From assembly GCA_041484665.1 (NCBI GenBank), contig JBGPIA010000007.1, positions 1-64,000 on the forward strand: DNA of 64,000 nucleotides, in the 5' to 3' direction. Shown here piece after piece: positions 54,893-64,000 of the stretch. The stretch comes from Candidatus Krumholzibacteriia bacterium. Its GTDB lineage: Bacteria > Krumholzibacteriota > Krumholzibacteriia > JAJRXK01. The notes beneath the pieces are model-generated. The model saw only the letters and a list, made by a program, of their open reading frames with translations, made no database searches and was not told the origin of the DNA. A program made the position numbers and the translations under genes. Every line of letters begins with the position of its first letter. Positions within the stretch are counted from its first letter, which is position 1.

Positions 54893-56320
54893 ATGAACGA
54901 GCTTGGCAAGAACCACGCCCCGGTCGCGCCTGCCTTGCAGCCCGCAGGGGTTGCCCCCGCCGGCACGGAGACCGTGGTCCTCCACGGCATGGCCCACGGC
55001 GGCGAGGCCGTCGGCCGGCTGCCCGACGGCCGCGCGGTGTTCGTTGCGGGCGGCGTGCCTGGCGAAACCGTTCGGGTCCGGATCGCGGAATCGAAGCCCC
55101 GCTGGGCCCGCGCCAAGCTCGGGGAGGTGCTCCACCCCAGCCCCGACCGCGTGGCCGCACCCTGCCCCCACTTCGGCCGCTGCGGAGGCTGCCAGTGGCA
55201 GCACATTGCGTTGCCGCGCCAGCGTGCCCTCAAGCGCGAGATCGTGCTGGGACAGCTGCGGCACCTCGGCGGGCTGGCGGGTCCCGCGAACGCGACCGGC
55301 ATCGCGGTCGCCGCGGCCAGCCCCGGCGGCGATGACAACTCGGGCGCCGCTGGCAGCGCTGGCGCCGCCTCGGATCGGCACGACCCCGCTGCCGCGAGCC
55401 GCTCGGGAGTCGACTTGGACGCGCTGACCGAGCCCACGCGCGCGGTTGGATCAACGGACGGCTTCGGCTACCGCAACCACGCCACCTTCGCCATCGACGC
55501 CTTCGGCCGCGCGTGCTTCCACGCTCCGGGGACCCTCGAGCGCGTCCCGATCGATCGCTGCCTCCTGCTGCATCCGCTGCTGCGCGAGTGGCATGAGGCG
55601 CTGCCGGCGATGCAAGGAGCCACGAAGGTCGAGCTGCGCGTAGGCACGCGCACGGGGCAGCGCTTGGCGCTGGTGGGCGGCGAGCCGTCTGCTTTGGCCG
55701 TCAGCGCTGCGCGCGAGCACGGAATCGCCCTGCACCCCGCCGGCGAGGGCGAGGTGACCGAGATGATCGGCACCGAGCGCTTCCGCATCAGCAGCAAGGC
55801 CTTCTTCCAGGCCAACACCGAAGGCGCTGAGGTGCTGGTGGAGTTGGTTCTGGAGATGTTGCAGCCGACGCCGGAGGACTCCGTGCTGGACGCATACGCA
55901 GGCGTGGGACTGTTCAGCGTGCCGCTCGCGCGCAGGGCGGGGCGCGTGTTCTCGGTCGAAAACAATCCCGCCGCCATCCGCGACCTGCGCGTTCACATCA
56001 AGGGCCTGCCGATCCACGTCGTGGGCGTCTCGCTGGAGGACTCGGATTCGCAGCTGCCCAAGCGCGTGGACCTCATCGTGGCCGATCCGCCCCGCGAGGG
56101 ACTGGGGTCGCGCAACGTCGGGCGGCTGGCGGCCATGCGGCCACGGCGCCTGGTGCTGGTCTCCTGCGATGCGGCCTCGCTGGCCCGCGACGCCAGCTGC
56201 CTGGCCAAGGCGGGATACCCCCTGCGCCGCGCCGTGCCGGTGGACCTGTTCCCTCACACCTTCCACGTGGAGACGGTTGCTCTGTTCGAGAAGTACCCGG
56301 CCGGACCGGCGGCGGCGTGA
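54893..56320 (+). CDS. rlmD: 23S rRNA m5U methyltransferase (RlmD/RumA type, TRAM + Fe-S)
   Basis: TRAM GGEAVGR...FVAGGVPGE, CPHFGRCGGCQWQH, YRNH, FFQAN, LDAYAGVGLF, DPPREG, VSCD...LARD, DLFPHTFHVE. Confidence 0.85.
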   Translation: MNELGKNHAPVAPALQPAGVAPAGTETVVLHGMAHGGEAVGRLPDGRAVFVAGGVPGETVRVRIAESKPRWARAKLGEVLHPSPDRVAAPCPHFGRCGGCQWQHIALPRQRALKREIVLGQLRHLGGLAGPANATGIAVAAASPGGDDNSGAAGSAGAASDRHDPAAASRSGVDLDALTEPTRAVGSTDGFGYRNHATFAIDAFGRACFHAPGTLERVPIDRCLLLHPLLREWHEALPAMQGATKVELRVGTRTGQRLALVGGEPSALAVSAAREHGIALHPAGEGEVTEMIGTERFRISSKAFFQANTEGAEVLVELVLEMLQPTPEDSVLDAYAGVGLFSVPLARRAGRVFSVENNPAAIRDLRVHIKGLPIHVVGVSLEDSDSQLPKRVDLIVADPPREGLGSRNVGRLAAMRPRRLVLVSCDAASLARDASCLAKAGYPLRRAVPVDLFPHTFHVETVALFEKYPAGPAAA

Positions 56321-56413
56321 GCTGCCTTGCGAGGCGAGCCGCGGCGGAGTGAGCCTCCCCACACGCGCGCCGGCCCCAGCCGAAGCGCCCCCCGGGACGG
56401 GACCTCCGCGGGA

Positions 56414-57253
56414 ATGACGCGCGTCGTGCTGCAGATTATCCTCGTCCTCGCCCTGCTGTACGCAGCGGCCTGCCTGGCGGCCTTCCTGCTGCAGAAGCGC
56501 CTGGTCTACTTCCCGGGGCCGCCCGGCGGCACGACGCCGGCCGACGCCGGGATGCGCTTCGAGGACCTGACGCTCACAACGAGCGACCGCGTGCGGGTCC
56601 ACGGTTGGCTGCTGCCAGCAGCGCACGCCCGCGGCGTCGTGCTGGTCTGCCACGGCAATGCGGGCTCGATCGCGCAGCGCCTGCCCGCGGCCCGCGCCTT
56701 CCTCGCCATGGGGCTGTCCGTGCTGCTGCTGGACTACCGCGGCTACGGTCGCAGCGAGGGATCACCCAGCGAAGAAGGCACCTATCGGGACGCGGAGGCC
56801 GCCTACGACCACCTGGTGCAACAGGCCGGCTTCACGGCGCAAAGCGTGATCGTCTACGGTGAGTCGCTGGGAGCGGCGGTGGCGGCCGAGTTGGCGCTGC
56901 GCCGTGGGGTCGCGGCAGTGATCCTCGAAAGCCCCTTCACGTCGCTGCGCGACATCGGCGCGAGAGCGTACCCGTTCCTGCCCGTGCGGCTGTTGGCGCG
57001 GCTACGCTACGACAACCGCGCCAAGGCCGGCCGCCTGCGTGCGCCCCTGCTCGTCATCCACAGCCCACAGGACGAGGTCGTGCCATTCGCGCAGGGGCGG
57101 GCGGTGTACGAAGCGGCGGTCGAGCCGAAGGTCTTCCTGCAAACCGACGCGGGGCACAACGAGGGAGGGTTCCTGCGCCGGGAGGAGTACCAGGCGAAGG
57201 TGCGGACGTTCCTGGAGGGAGCGTTGGCGCCGGGAGCGCCAGGGTTACCGTGA
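56414..57253 (+). CDS. Alpha/beta hydrolase (ABHD17/Bem46-like), N-terminal TM
   Basis: CHGNAG, DYRGYGRSEG.PSEEG, GESLG, IHSPQDEVVP, GHN. Confidence 0.88.
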   Translation: MTRVVLQIILVLALLYAAACLAAFLLQKRLVYFPGPPGGTTPADAGMRFEDLTLTTSDRVRVHGWLLPAAHARGVVLVCHGNAGSIAQRLPAARAFLAMGLSVLLLDYRGYGRSEGSPSEEGTYRDAEAAYDHLVQQAGFTAQSVIVYGESLGAAVAAELALRRGVAAVILESPFTSLRDIGARAYPFLPVRLLARLRYDNRAKAGRLRAPLLVIHSPQDEVVPFAQGRAVYEAAVEPKVFLQTDAGHNEGGFLRREEYQAKVRTFLEGALAPGAPGLP

Positions 57254-57379
57254 GCACTGGGATCTCGGAGCACGCGGGATCTTGGCGAGCATCGGGGTCT
57301 TCACGGCGCGCCCGGCTCAGCAGGAGCGGTGAGATCTGCGGGGCCAGGCTGAAGGTCAGCGCGGGCGATGCGCGCGAGC

Positions 57380-59251
57380 CTACCCCTTCCGCCCTCGCCA
57401 CCACAGGGCCAGGCAGAGCAGCGTCCACAGCTTGGAACCGTGATTGGCGCGGCCGCCGGCGTGCTCGCGGACCAGGCGCTCGATCGTCTCGGTGCGGAAG
57501 TGCTCTGCGAAGAGATCGCCGGCCGCAGCGAATGACTCGCGCAGCATCGGCAGCAGCGGCCCTTTCAGCCATGCCCCGACGGGGGTCGAGAAGCCCTGCT
57601 TGCGCCGCAGGATCGCCTCACGCGGCAGGTAGCGCAGCGCCAGTGCTTTCAAGAGATGTTTGGACACCCCGGTCCGGGATTTCACCGCCACGGGAAGGCG
57701 GGCGCACAGCTCGATCAGCTTGTGATCCAGGAGCGGGCAACGCACCTCGAGGCCGTAGGCCATGGAAGCGATGTCCACCTTGAAGAGCACGTCGCCCGGC
57801 AGATAGGCGTTGCTGTCGATCCACAGCATGCGCTCGTAAGGATCGTCCGCATGGCGGAAGGACTCGTCGATGAGCTCCTGCCGCCAGCGGGCGGTGGATG
57901 CGGCGAGCTCCTGGGGCCTGCCCGGCCGCCAGAGCGCCGCCTTTGCTTGGCCCTGGAAGTACTCCGGACGGAAGAGCGGTTTCATCTCGGGGTACACGTA
58001 GCGATACAGCCAGTGTCGCTGCAGCTTGCCCCATGGCCCGGTCCCGTCGAGCTGGCGTTCCAGCCGCGCGGCCTGGGCGGCCGGCCGCGGAAGATGAGCT
58101 CGTCCGGCCAGCACGGCCAGCCTCGAGCGCCGGTAGTGGGTGTAACCACCCAGCAGCTCGTCACCGCCATCTCCGGTGAGCGCCACGGTCACACCGCGGC
58201 GCGCCATGCGGCTGACCCAGAAGGTCGGCGGCGCCGAGTTGTCCGCGAAGGGCTCGCCATACTGGTTCACCACGAAAGGCAGCATGTCCGCCACGTCCGG
58301 ACGGACGACCTCCTCCTCGTGCTGCGAGCCGAGATGCGCCGCCACCGCGCTCGCGTACGGCAGCTCGTTGTAGGCCGCTTCGCTGAACCCAAGTGAGAAG
58401 GTCCGGACCGGCCGGTCGGCGAGCTTGGCCATCACCGCCGCGACCAGGCTGGAATCCACGCCGCCGCTGAGGAGGACGCCGAGAGGCACATCGCTGATCA
58501 TCCGCAGCCGTACGGCCTGCGTGAGCTCCGCCTCCAGCGCCTCCAGGGCTTCCGGCTCGGCAATGGGCTGCTTGGCGCGGAAGTCCAGCGTCCAGTAGCG
58601 CTGCAACCGCAGCCCGGACCCCTCCAGCACCGCCCAGTGCGCTGGCGGAAGCTTGCGGATCGCCGTGTAGATGGTGCGCGGCGCGGGGACGTACTGCAGG
58701 CTCAGATAGAGATCCAGCGCGACGGGGTCGATCTCCCCGGATACGGCCGGGTGGGAAGCGAGCGCGCGTATCTCCGACGCGAAGACGAAGCCTGTGGGCG
58801 TCTGGGCGTAGACCAGCGGCTTCTTGCCAAGGCGGTCGCGGGCCAGGAAGAGCTCGTGCCGCGCGGGGTCCCAGATCGCCAGCGCGAACATCCCGCGCAG
58901 CAGCTCGAGGCAGCGCGGGCCGCGGGAGCGGTACAGCGCGAGCAGCACCTCGGTATCACCCGCGGTGCGGAAGGCCATGCCATCCTTCTCCAGAAACGAC
59001 CGCAGCTCCTGGAAGTTGTAGATCTCGCCGTTGAAGACGATGGCCTGCCCGGTCGCTGGATCGACCATGGGCTGGTGGCTGCGCGGATCGAGGTCGATGA
59101 CCGACAACCGTGCGTGCCCGAGCGCAGCCTCCCCGAAGCCCTGCACCGCCTGGTGGTCCGGCCCACGATGGAGGATGGCCGCGACCATCCCGCCGACGGC
59201 GGCCGCGTCCGCCACGCCACCGAACCGCACCTCCCCCGCGATCCCGCACAC
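57380..59251 (-). CDS. asnB: Asparagine synthase (glutamine-hydrolysing) family amidotransferase, copy 2
   Basis: GTG start giving MCGIAG. HRGPD, RLSVID, NGEIYN, LSGGVDSS, LTGDGGDELLGGY, KVDIASM..GLEVRCPLLD. Confidence 0.92.
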   Translation of the reverse strand: MCGIAGEVRFGGVADAAAVGGMVAAILHRGPDHQAVQGFGEAALGHARLSVIDLDPRSHQPMVDPATGQAIVFNGEIYNFQELRSFLEKDGMAFRTAGDTEVLLALYRSRGPRCLELLRGMFALAIWDPARHELFLARDRLGKKPLVYAQTPTGFVFASEIRALASHPAVSGEIDPVALDLYLSLQYVPAPRTIYTAIRKLPPAHWAVLEGSGLRLQRYWTLDFRAKQPIAEPEALEALEAELTQAVRLRMISDVPLGVLLSGGVDSSLVAAVMAKLADRPVRTFSLGFSEAAYNELPYASAVAAHLGSQHEEEVVRPDVADMLPFVVNQYGEPFADNSAPPTFWVSRMARRGVTVALTGDGGDELLGGYTHYRRSRLAVLAGRAHLPRPAAQAARLERQLDGTGPWGKLQRHWLYRYVYPEMKPLFRPEYFQGQAKAALWRPGRPQELAASTARWRQELIDESFRHADDPYERMLWIDSNAYLPGDVLFKVDIASMAYGLEVRCPLLDHKLIELCARLPVAVKSRTGVSKHLLKALALRYLPREAILRRKQGFSTPVGAWLKGPLLPMLRESFAAAGDLFAEHFRTETIERLVREHAGGRANHGSKLWTLLCLALWWRGRKG

Positions 59252-59552
59252 GTCCGTCTCCCCTTCGCCCGCGGATCTCCCCACGCGCCGTGGATCGCTC
59301 CCACGCGGCGGCGGCGGGTCGGGGATCTAGAGCCCCCCGCAACCCGGTCACTCCAGCGACGGGGAGTCTAGCGCGACTGCGTGAACGCAGCCCGCATTGA
59401 ATGACGGCGGGGGAATCCCGCAACGGCGCGATCCCGCCGCGCGCCTTAGCGCCCGGCCGCGCCCGCGCGCACAGACGGGCGCCCGCGCGCGCGCCCGTGC
59501 GTGGCGCGCCAAGCCAACTCATCACGCGCTGCGCACGGCGTGATTCGTTCAG

Positions 59553-60041
59553 CTACGCGAACGCAATGGTGAGCTGTCGGCCGGAGAGTGTCACCGTCGC
59601 GGGGAACAGATTGCTGCTCGCCGGCCCCGCGAGCAGCTGGCCGTCGGAGTCGAACCGGGAGCCGTGGCAAGGGCAGGAAATGACGCCGTTCGCCGGCAAA
59701 CCCACCTCGCAGCCGGCATGGGGACACGTCGATGAGAGGGCTTCGTAACCACCCCCGGAGATGCGGCGCACGATGACGGGATGGTCGTTGGGCCAGGCGA
59801 CCTTCACGCTTCCACCGACCGTTCCCAGAGCCGCATAGGCGGGATCGTCCAAGTTGATGCTCACGGTGCCGGTGCGGGGGGGCGAGGGAGCAGTGGGGCT
59901 TCCTCCGCACGCGGCCAGGATCGCCCCGGCAAGGGACCCGGCGGCAGCCGTCACCGCCAGGCCGAGCAGGAACTGCCGACGGGAGCAGCACGCCCCAGGC
60001 AGCGGGAGATCGGCGCTCACCGGTTGTTCTGCGCATTCCAT
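59553..60041 (-). CDS. Rieske [2Fe-2S] protein with Tat signal and lipobox
   Basis: SRRQFL twin-arginine motif, ILAA-C lipobox, CPHAGC and CPCHGSRFD boxes. ATG 60041 after AAAGGA. Confidence 0.88.
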   Translation of the reverse strand: MECAEQPVSADLPLPGACCSRRQFLLGLAVTAAAGSLAGAILAACGGSPTAPSPPRTGTVSINLDDPAYAALGTVGGSVKVAWPNDHPVIVRRISGGGYEALSSTCPHAGCEVGLPANGVISCPCHGSRFDSDGQLLAGPASSNLFPATVTLSGRQLTIAFA

Positions 60042-60325
60042 GGGAAGTCCTTTCGAGCGCTGCGCAACGTGGGGCGATCCCTCGACGTCAGCCGACAAGG
60101 TGCCGGTCGGCTCGTTGCGGCGCAAGGGATCGAGCGCTGTGCGCCTCGCCCGCTCGTACCGCGAAACCAGGACCTCCGGCCGGTCCGATGCCTGATCGGC
60201 AAAGAACAAGAACTCGTGGATCTTCGTGCCGCGGTCGGCCACATTTGCAAAGGCCTCGCCCGCGAGCTTTGGCTCCCGGCCTGCGGAGGACGTCCTTGCA
60301 AGAGCGTCAGCCCCCGACCTCGTCC

Positions 60326-62617
60326 ATGCGTCTCTCTCTCATGCGTCTGCTGTTGCTCGCAAGCGCGGCGACCCTGGCGTTCGCCGGCGCGCCAGCAACG
60401 CGTGACAACCCGGCCGCGACGCAGCCTTCACCGGTCGATTACGTCCGCCCGCTCGTGGGCACGCAGGGTGAAGGGAACACCTACCCGGGAGCGGTTGCGC
60501 CATTCGGCATGATGCAACTGAGCCCCGACACGGAGCAGTGGCTCTGGGAGACGGCCTCCGGATACGAGTACGCCGACAGCTCGATCATCGGATTCAGCCT
60601 GACGCATTTGAGTGGAACGGGCATTCCCGACCTGGGCGACATCCTCTTCATGCCCATGGTCGGAACGCCCCGCTTCGTTGCCGGGGGCAAGGCGCACCCG
60701 GACTCGGGATACCGCGCGACATACCTGCACGAGGACGAGGCCTGCTCGCCGGGATATTACCGCGTGAGGCTGCGCAAGTCCGCAGTTGAGGTGGAGCTCA
60801 CCACCGCCGAGCGTGCCGGCATGCTGCGCTTCACGTTTCCGGCGGCCGACAGCGCGTGCATCCTCACCGATCTCGCGCACGTGCTGCGCTGGCCCGTGGT
60901 GTGGTCGGACCTGCGCGTCGAGAACGACTCCACGATCACCGGCTTCCACCTGGTCAACGGCTGGGCCAAGGAGCGCTACGTCTTCTTCGCCGCGCGCTAC
61001 GCGCGTCCGTTTGCCGGCTACCTGATCGTGAAGGATGGCAAGCCCGTCCAGTACGATGGCTTTCGATTCCGAAGCCGCGCCGAGGCGGCCGGCAAGAGCC
61101 TGCAGTTCGTTGCGCTCTACCGGACGCGGGCGCACGAGCCGCTCGCCGTCAAAGTCGGCATCTCGGCGGTGAGCGCGACCAATGCCCTGCGCAACCTAGA
61201 CGCGGAGATCCCTGGCTGGGACTTCGAGCGGGTGAGACAGCAGACCAGGGACAACTGGAACCGGGAGCTCGGCAAGATCGAGATCGAAGGCTCGGCGACC
61301 GACATGGAGACGTTCTACACGTCGCTCTACCACGCCTTCCTGGCGCCCAGCCTGTTCGAAGACGTCACGCAGGAGTATCGCGGGCTGGACCAGAACCTCC
61401 ACCGCGCGGACTCCTTCACGAATTATGCCGTCTTCTCGCTGTGGGACACCTACCGTGCCACGCACCCGCTGTTCGCCCTGATCCAGCCGGAGCGGGATGC
61501 CGATATGATCAACTCGATGCTCGCCCACTACGATCAGAGCGTGGAGCACCTGCTACCCGTCTGGTCCCTACAGGCCAACGAGACGTGGTGCATGATCGGA
61601 TATCACGCGGTTCCGGTCATCGTCGACGCCTACATGAAGGGCGTCAGAGGCTTCGATCCCCTGCGCGCGTACGAGGCCATCAAGACCACCGCGCGAAATC
61701 CCAACTACGACAACGTGGCGACCTACGCCAAGCTGGGGTGGGTGCCCTTCGACAAGGAGAACGAGTCGGTCTCGAAGACCCTGGAGTACGCATACGATGA
61801 CTACTGCGTGGCGGTGATGGCGAAGGCGCTCGGGCAACACGCGGACTACGACGAGTTCACGAAGCGCGCCGGCAGCTACAGGAACCTGTTCGATCGGACG
61901 CACGGGTTGATGCGGGGCAGGGATTCGGCGGGCACATGGCGCACCCCTTTCGATCCGCACCGCTACGTGGAGGGCGGCGACTTCACCGAGGGGACGAGCT
62001 GGCAGTACAGCTGGTACGTCCCCCACGACGTGCCCGGGCTGATCGAGCTGCTGGGCGGCAAGGAGCGCTTCACGCAAAAGCTGGATTCGCTTTTCGTGGT
62101 GACCGCGGGCGACAGCATGCAGGGGGTCGATGACATCCAGGGGAGGATCGGGGAGTACTGGCACGGCAACGAGCCGAGTCACCACATCGCCTATCTGTAC
62201 CCGTATGCGGATCAGCCGTGGAAGACGCAGAAGCTGGTGCATGAGATTGTGAGGACCCAGTACGGGAACAGGCCCAATTCCCTGTGCGGCAACGACGATT
62301 GCGGGCAGATGGCGGCGTGGTACCTTTTCAGCGTGATGGGCTTCTACCCGGTGTGCCCCGGGAGCAACGTCTATGTCATCGGCAGCCCGGCGCTGCGCAA
62401 GGCAGTCCTGCACCTCTCCAATGGCCGGACGTTCACCATGACGGCCCACGGCTTGTCCGACGAGAATGTCTACGTGCAGTCTGTGCGGTTGAACGGCGCG
62501 GTGTGGGAGAAGCCGTACCTGGCGTACGACGCGCTGCGCGACGGCGGAACGGTCGAGTTCAGGCTGGGCCCGCGGCCCAACAGGGCCTGGGGTCGCAAGG
62601 AGCCGATTCCGCGGTAG
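60326..62617 (+). CDS. GH92 family alpha-1,2-mannosidase, secreted
   Basis: Signal peptide. GNTYPGA..PFGMMQLSPDT, GFSLTHLSGTG, FSLWDTYR, MIGYH, SKTLEYAYDD, FTEG, HGNEPSHH, GNDDCGQM.AW. Confidence 0.93.
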   Translation: MRLSLMRLLLLASAATLAFAGAPATRDNPAATQPSPVDYVRPLVGTQGEGNTYPGAVAPFGMMQLSPDTEQWLWETASGYEYADSSIIGFSLTHLSGTGIPDLGDILFMPMVGTPRFVAGGKAHPDSGYRATYLHEDEACSPGYYRVRLRKSAVEVELTTAERAGMLRFTFPAADSACILTDLAHVLRWPVVWSDLRVENDSTITGFHLVNGWAKERYVFFAARYARPFAGYLIVKDGKPVQYDGFRFRSRAEAAGKSLQFVALYRTRAHEPLAVKVGISAVSATNALRNLDAEIPGWDFERVRQQTRDNWNRELGKIEIEGSATDMETFYTSLYHAFLAPSLFEDVTQEYRGLDQNLHRADSFTNYAVFSLWDTYRATHPLFALIQPERDADMINSMLAHYDQSVEHLLPVWSLQANETWCMIGYHAVPVIVDAYMKGVRGFDPLRAYEAIKTTARNPNYDNVATYAKLGWVPFDKENESVSKTLEYAYDDYCVAVMAKALGQHADYDEFTKRAGSYRNLFDRTHGLMRGRDSAGTWRTPFDPHRYVEGGDFTEGTSWQYSWYVPHDVPGLIELLGGKERFTQKLDSLFVVTAGDSMQGVDDIQGRIGEYWHGNEPSHHIAYLYPYADQPWKTQKLVHEIVRTQYGNRPNSLCGNDDCGQMAAWYLFSVMGFYPVCPGSNVYVIGSPALRKAVLHLSNGRTFTMTAHGLSDENVYVQSVRLNGAVWEKPYLAYDALRDGGTVEFRLGPRPNRAWGRKEPIPR

Positions 62618-62758
62618 CGACCGGGTGGAGCGCGCGGGGTACGCGCGCCGCTGGCAGGTGCCGGTCAAGCCTCACCCTGCAAGGGCCCGGTTGCCTGGGG
62701 CCACGCCGGAAAGCGGATGTCCGTCTGACCACCCCCTGACACGAGGAGGAAACGAACT

Positions 62759-63307
62759 ATGAAGATCTGTACCGCCATCCCGCGCGCCGTGCTGGCGCTG
62801 GTCCTGGCGCTGCCGCTGGTGCTGGCGCTGGTGCTGGCGCTGCCCGTGCGCGCGGGCGAGATGAAACCCGCGGCGACGCCCGATCCTGGATTCACCAAGC
62901 TCAAGGCGCTGCTGGGCGACTGGCAGGCGACCAGCCCCGACGGGAAGCCCGTCCGGTCGTCGTACAAGCTCACCGCCGCGGGCAGCTGCATCGAGGAGAC
63001 CCTCACGACCCCCGACGGCGGCGAGATGGTGACCATGTATCACATGGACGGCACGCATCTCATGATGACGCACTACTGCTCCGCGGGGAACCAGCCACGG
63101 ATGCGTTGCGAGACGGCGGGCGCGGACGCGAAGGCTCTAACCTTCACGTTCGTGGACGCCTCCAACATGGCCAGCAAGGACGACACACACATGCACAAGC
63201 TGGTCGTCTCGTTCGATGACCCCACCCATTTCAGCCAGGTGTGGACCCTCCACGACGCGGGCAAGGACATGCCCGTGACGTTCCACTTCGAGCGCGCCAA
63301 GTCGTAG
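62759..63307 (+). CDS. Secreted hypothetical protein
   Basis: GAGGAGG RBS. Signal peptide with duplicated VLALVLALP. Conserved-looking L.GDW, MVTMYH.DG..L.MTHYCSAGNQPRM, HMH. Confidence 0.75.
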   Translation: MKICTAIPRAVLALVLALPLVLALVLALPVRAGEMKPAATPDPGFTKLKALLGDWQATSPDGKPVRSSYKLTAAGSCIEETLTTPDGGEMVTMYHMDGTHLMMTHYCSAGNQPRMRCETAGADAKALTFTFVDASNMASKDDTHMHKLVVSFDDPTHFSQVWTLHDAGKDMPVTFHFERAKS

Positions 63308-63399
63308 CAACGGAGCGCGAGGCAGGGATCCCGCTGGATGCGATCGTTCCGGCGCCGCGGGGCGCTCCCGGGGGCTGACCCCCCGGCGCCGGGCTCGTC

Positions 63400-64000
63400 C
63401 TACACACCGCCAGCGGCCTCGGCGGCGGCTTCCTCGTCCGCCGGGATCTCCCTGCCGTCGTGGACGATTCGACCGTCCTCGAGCTTCAGGATCCGGGAGC
63501 AGTTCCGGGCGAGACGCATATCGTGCGTGATCAGGACGATCGTCCCACCGTCCTGCCAGATGCGCGTGAACAGGTCGAGGATGCCGCGCCCGGTCCGGCT
63601 GTCCAGGTTCCCGGTCGGCTCGTCGGCGAGGATCACCTTGGGGTCATTGGCGAGCGCACGCGCCACCGCCACACGCTGCATCTCACCGCCGGAGAGCTGC
63701 GTGGGCAGGTGCTCGGCCCGTTGCGACAGGCCCACCTTGTCCAGCATCTCTAGCGCCCGCTCCCGGCGCTTGCGCGCCGGCTGCCCGGCGAAGAGCAACG
63801 GCATCTCGACGTTCTCGCGCGCCGTGGCGTAGGGGAGCAGGTGGAACGACTGGAACACGAAGCCGATCGAGCGGTTGCGCAGGATGGCCAGCTCGGTGGG
63901 CGTCAGGCCCGCGATGTCCCGTCCGCCGAAGTCGTAGCGGCCGCGGCTGGGCGTGTCGAGACAGCCCATCAGGTTCATCAGGGTCGATTTGCCGGATCCC
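63400..64000 (-). CDS. ABC transporter ATP-binding protein (LolD/MacB type), 5' end outside the window
   Basis: Walker A GSGKST at the edge, GFVFQSFHLL, signature LSGGEMQRVAVARAL, Walker B ILADEPTGNLD, H-loop ITHD. Confidence 0.93.
   Translation of the reverse strand, partial: GSGKSTLMNLMGCLDTPSRGRYDFGGRDIAGLTPTELAILRNRSIGFVFQSFHLLPYATARENVEMPLLFAGQPARKRRERALEMLDKVGLSQRAEHLPTQLSGGEMQRVAVARALANDPKVILADEPTGNLDSRTGRGILDLFTRIWQDGGTIVLITHDMRLARNCSRILKLEDGRIVHDGREIPADEEAAAEAAGGV

Noticed and set aside
51677..59251. Lasso-peptide cyclase role for the AsnB genes
   Set aside because: Both retain an intact MCGI glutaminase domain; no transglutaminase-like peptidase, RRE or precursor was found nearby.

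Overview
64 kb of very GC-rich bacterial chromosome with about 50 genes. I found no rRNA, tRNA, CRISPR array, transposase or integrase. The dominant feature (291-10035, minus strand) is a complete class I ATP-dependent benzoyl-CoA reductase cluster for anaerobic aromatic-ring degradation: had-oah-dch-bcrC-bcrB-bcrA-bcrD, followed by an SDR and a DUF2249/hemerythrin protein, with a putative sigma70 promoter overlapped by a palindromic operator. Next come a DinB gene, an orphan structured plus-strand element ending in a terminator (candidate ncRNA), a frameshifted BNR-repeat gene, and alkA-ogt plus a class II photolyase that has lost most of its middle. The centre holds tlpA/haem-binding/moeB, a MazG-like gene, a yjbQ-sucA-PQQ dehydrogenase-GT-C run, two paralogous secreted dockerin-like proteins, an S9 peptidase, a trypsin-like protein, an aromatic amino-acid decarboxylase, a 3-hydroxyacyl-CoA dehydrogenase/crotonase fusion, a thioester alpha-2-macroglobulin, DUF3307, a 3'-5' exonuclease and tkt. 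The right end carries a GT2-asnB-flavoenzyme-squalene/phytoene synthase-mscS run, rlmD, a second asnB, a Tat Rieske lipoprotein, a GH92 and a truncated ABC ATPase. Unrelated degenerate tandem repeats (12-44 bp units) recur in intergenic gaps and as in-frame Ala/Gly/Pro-rich insertions in conserved proteins. All calls come from motif recognition by eye; no database searches were run.
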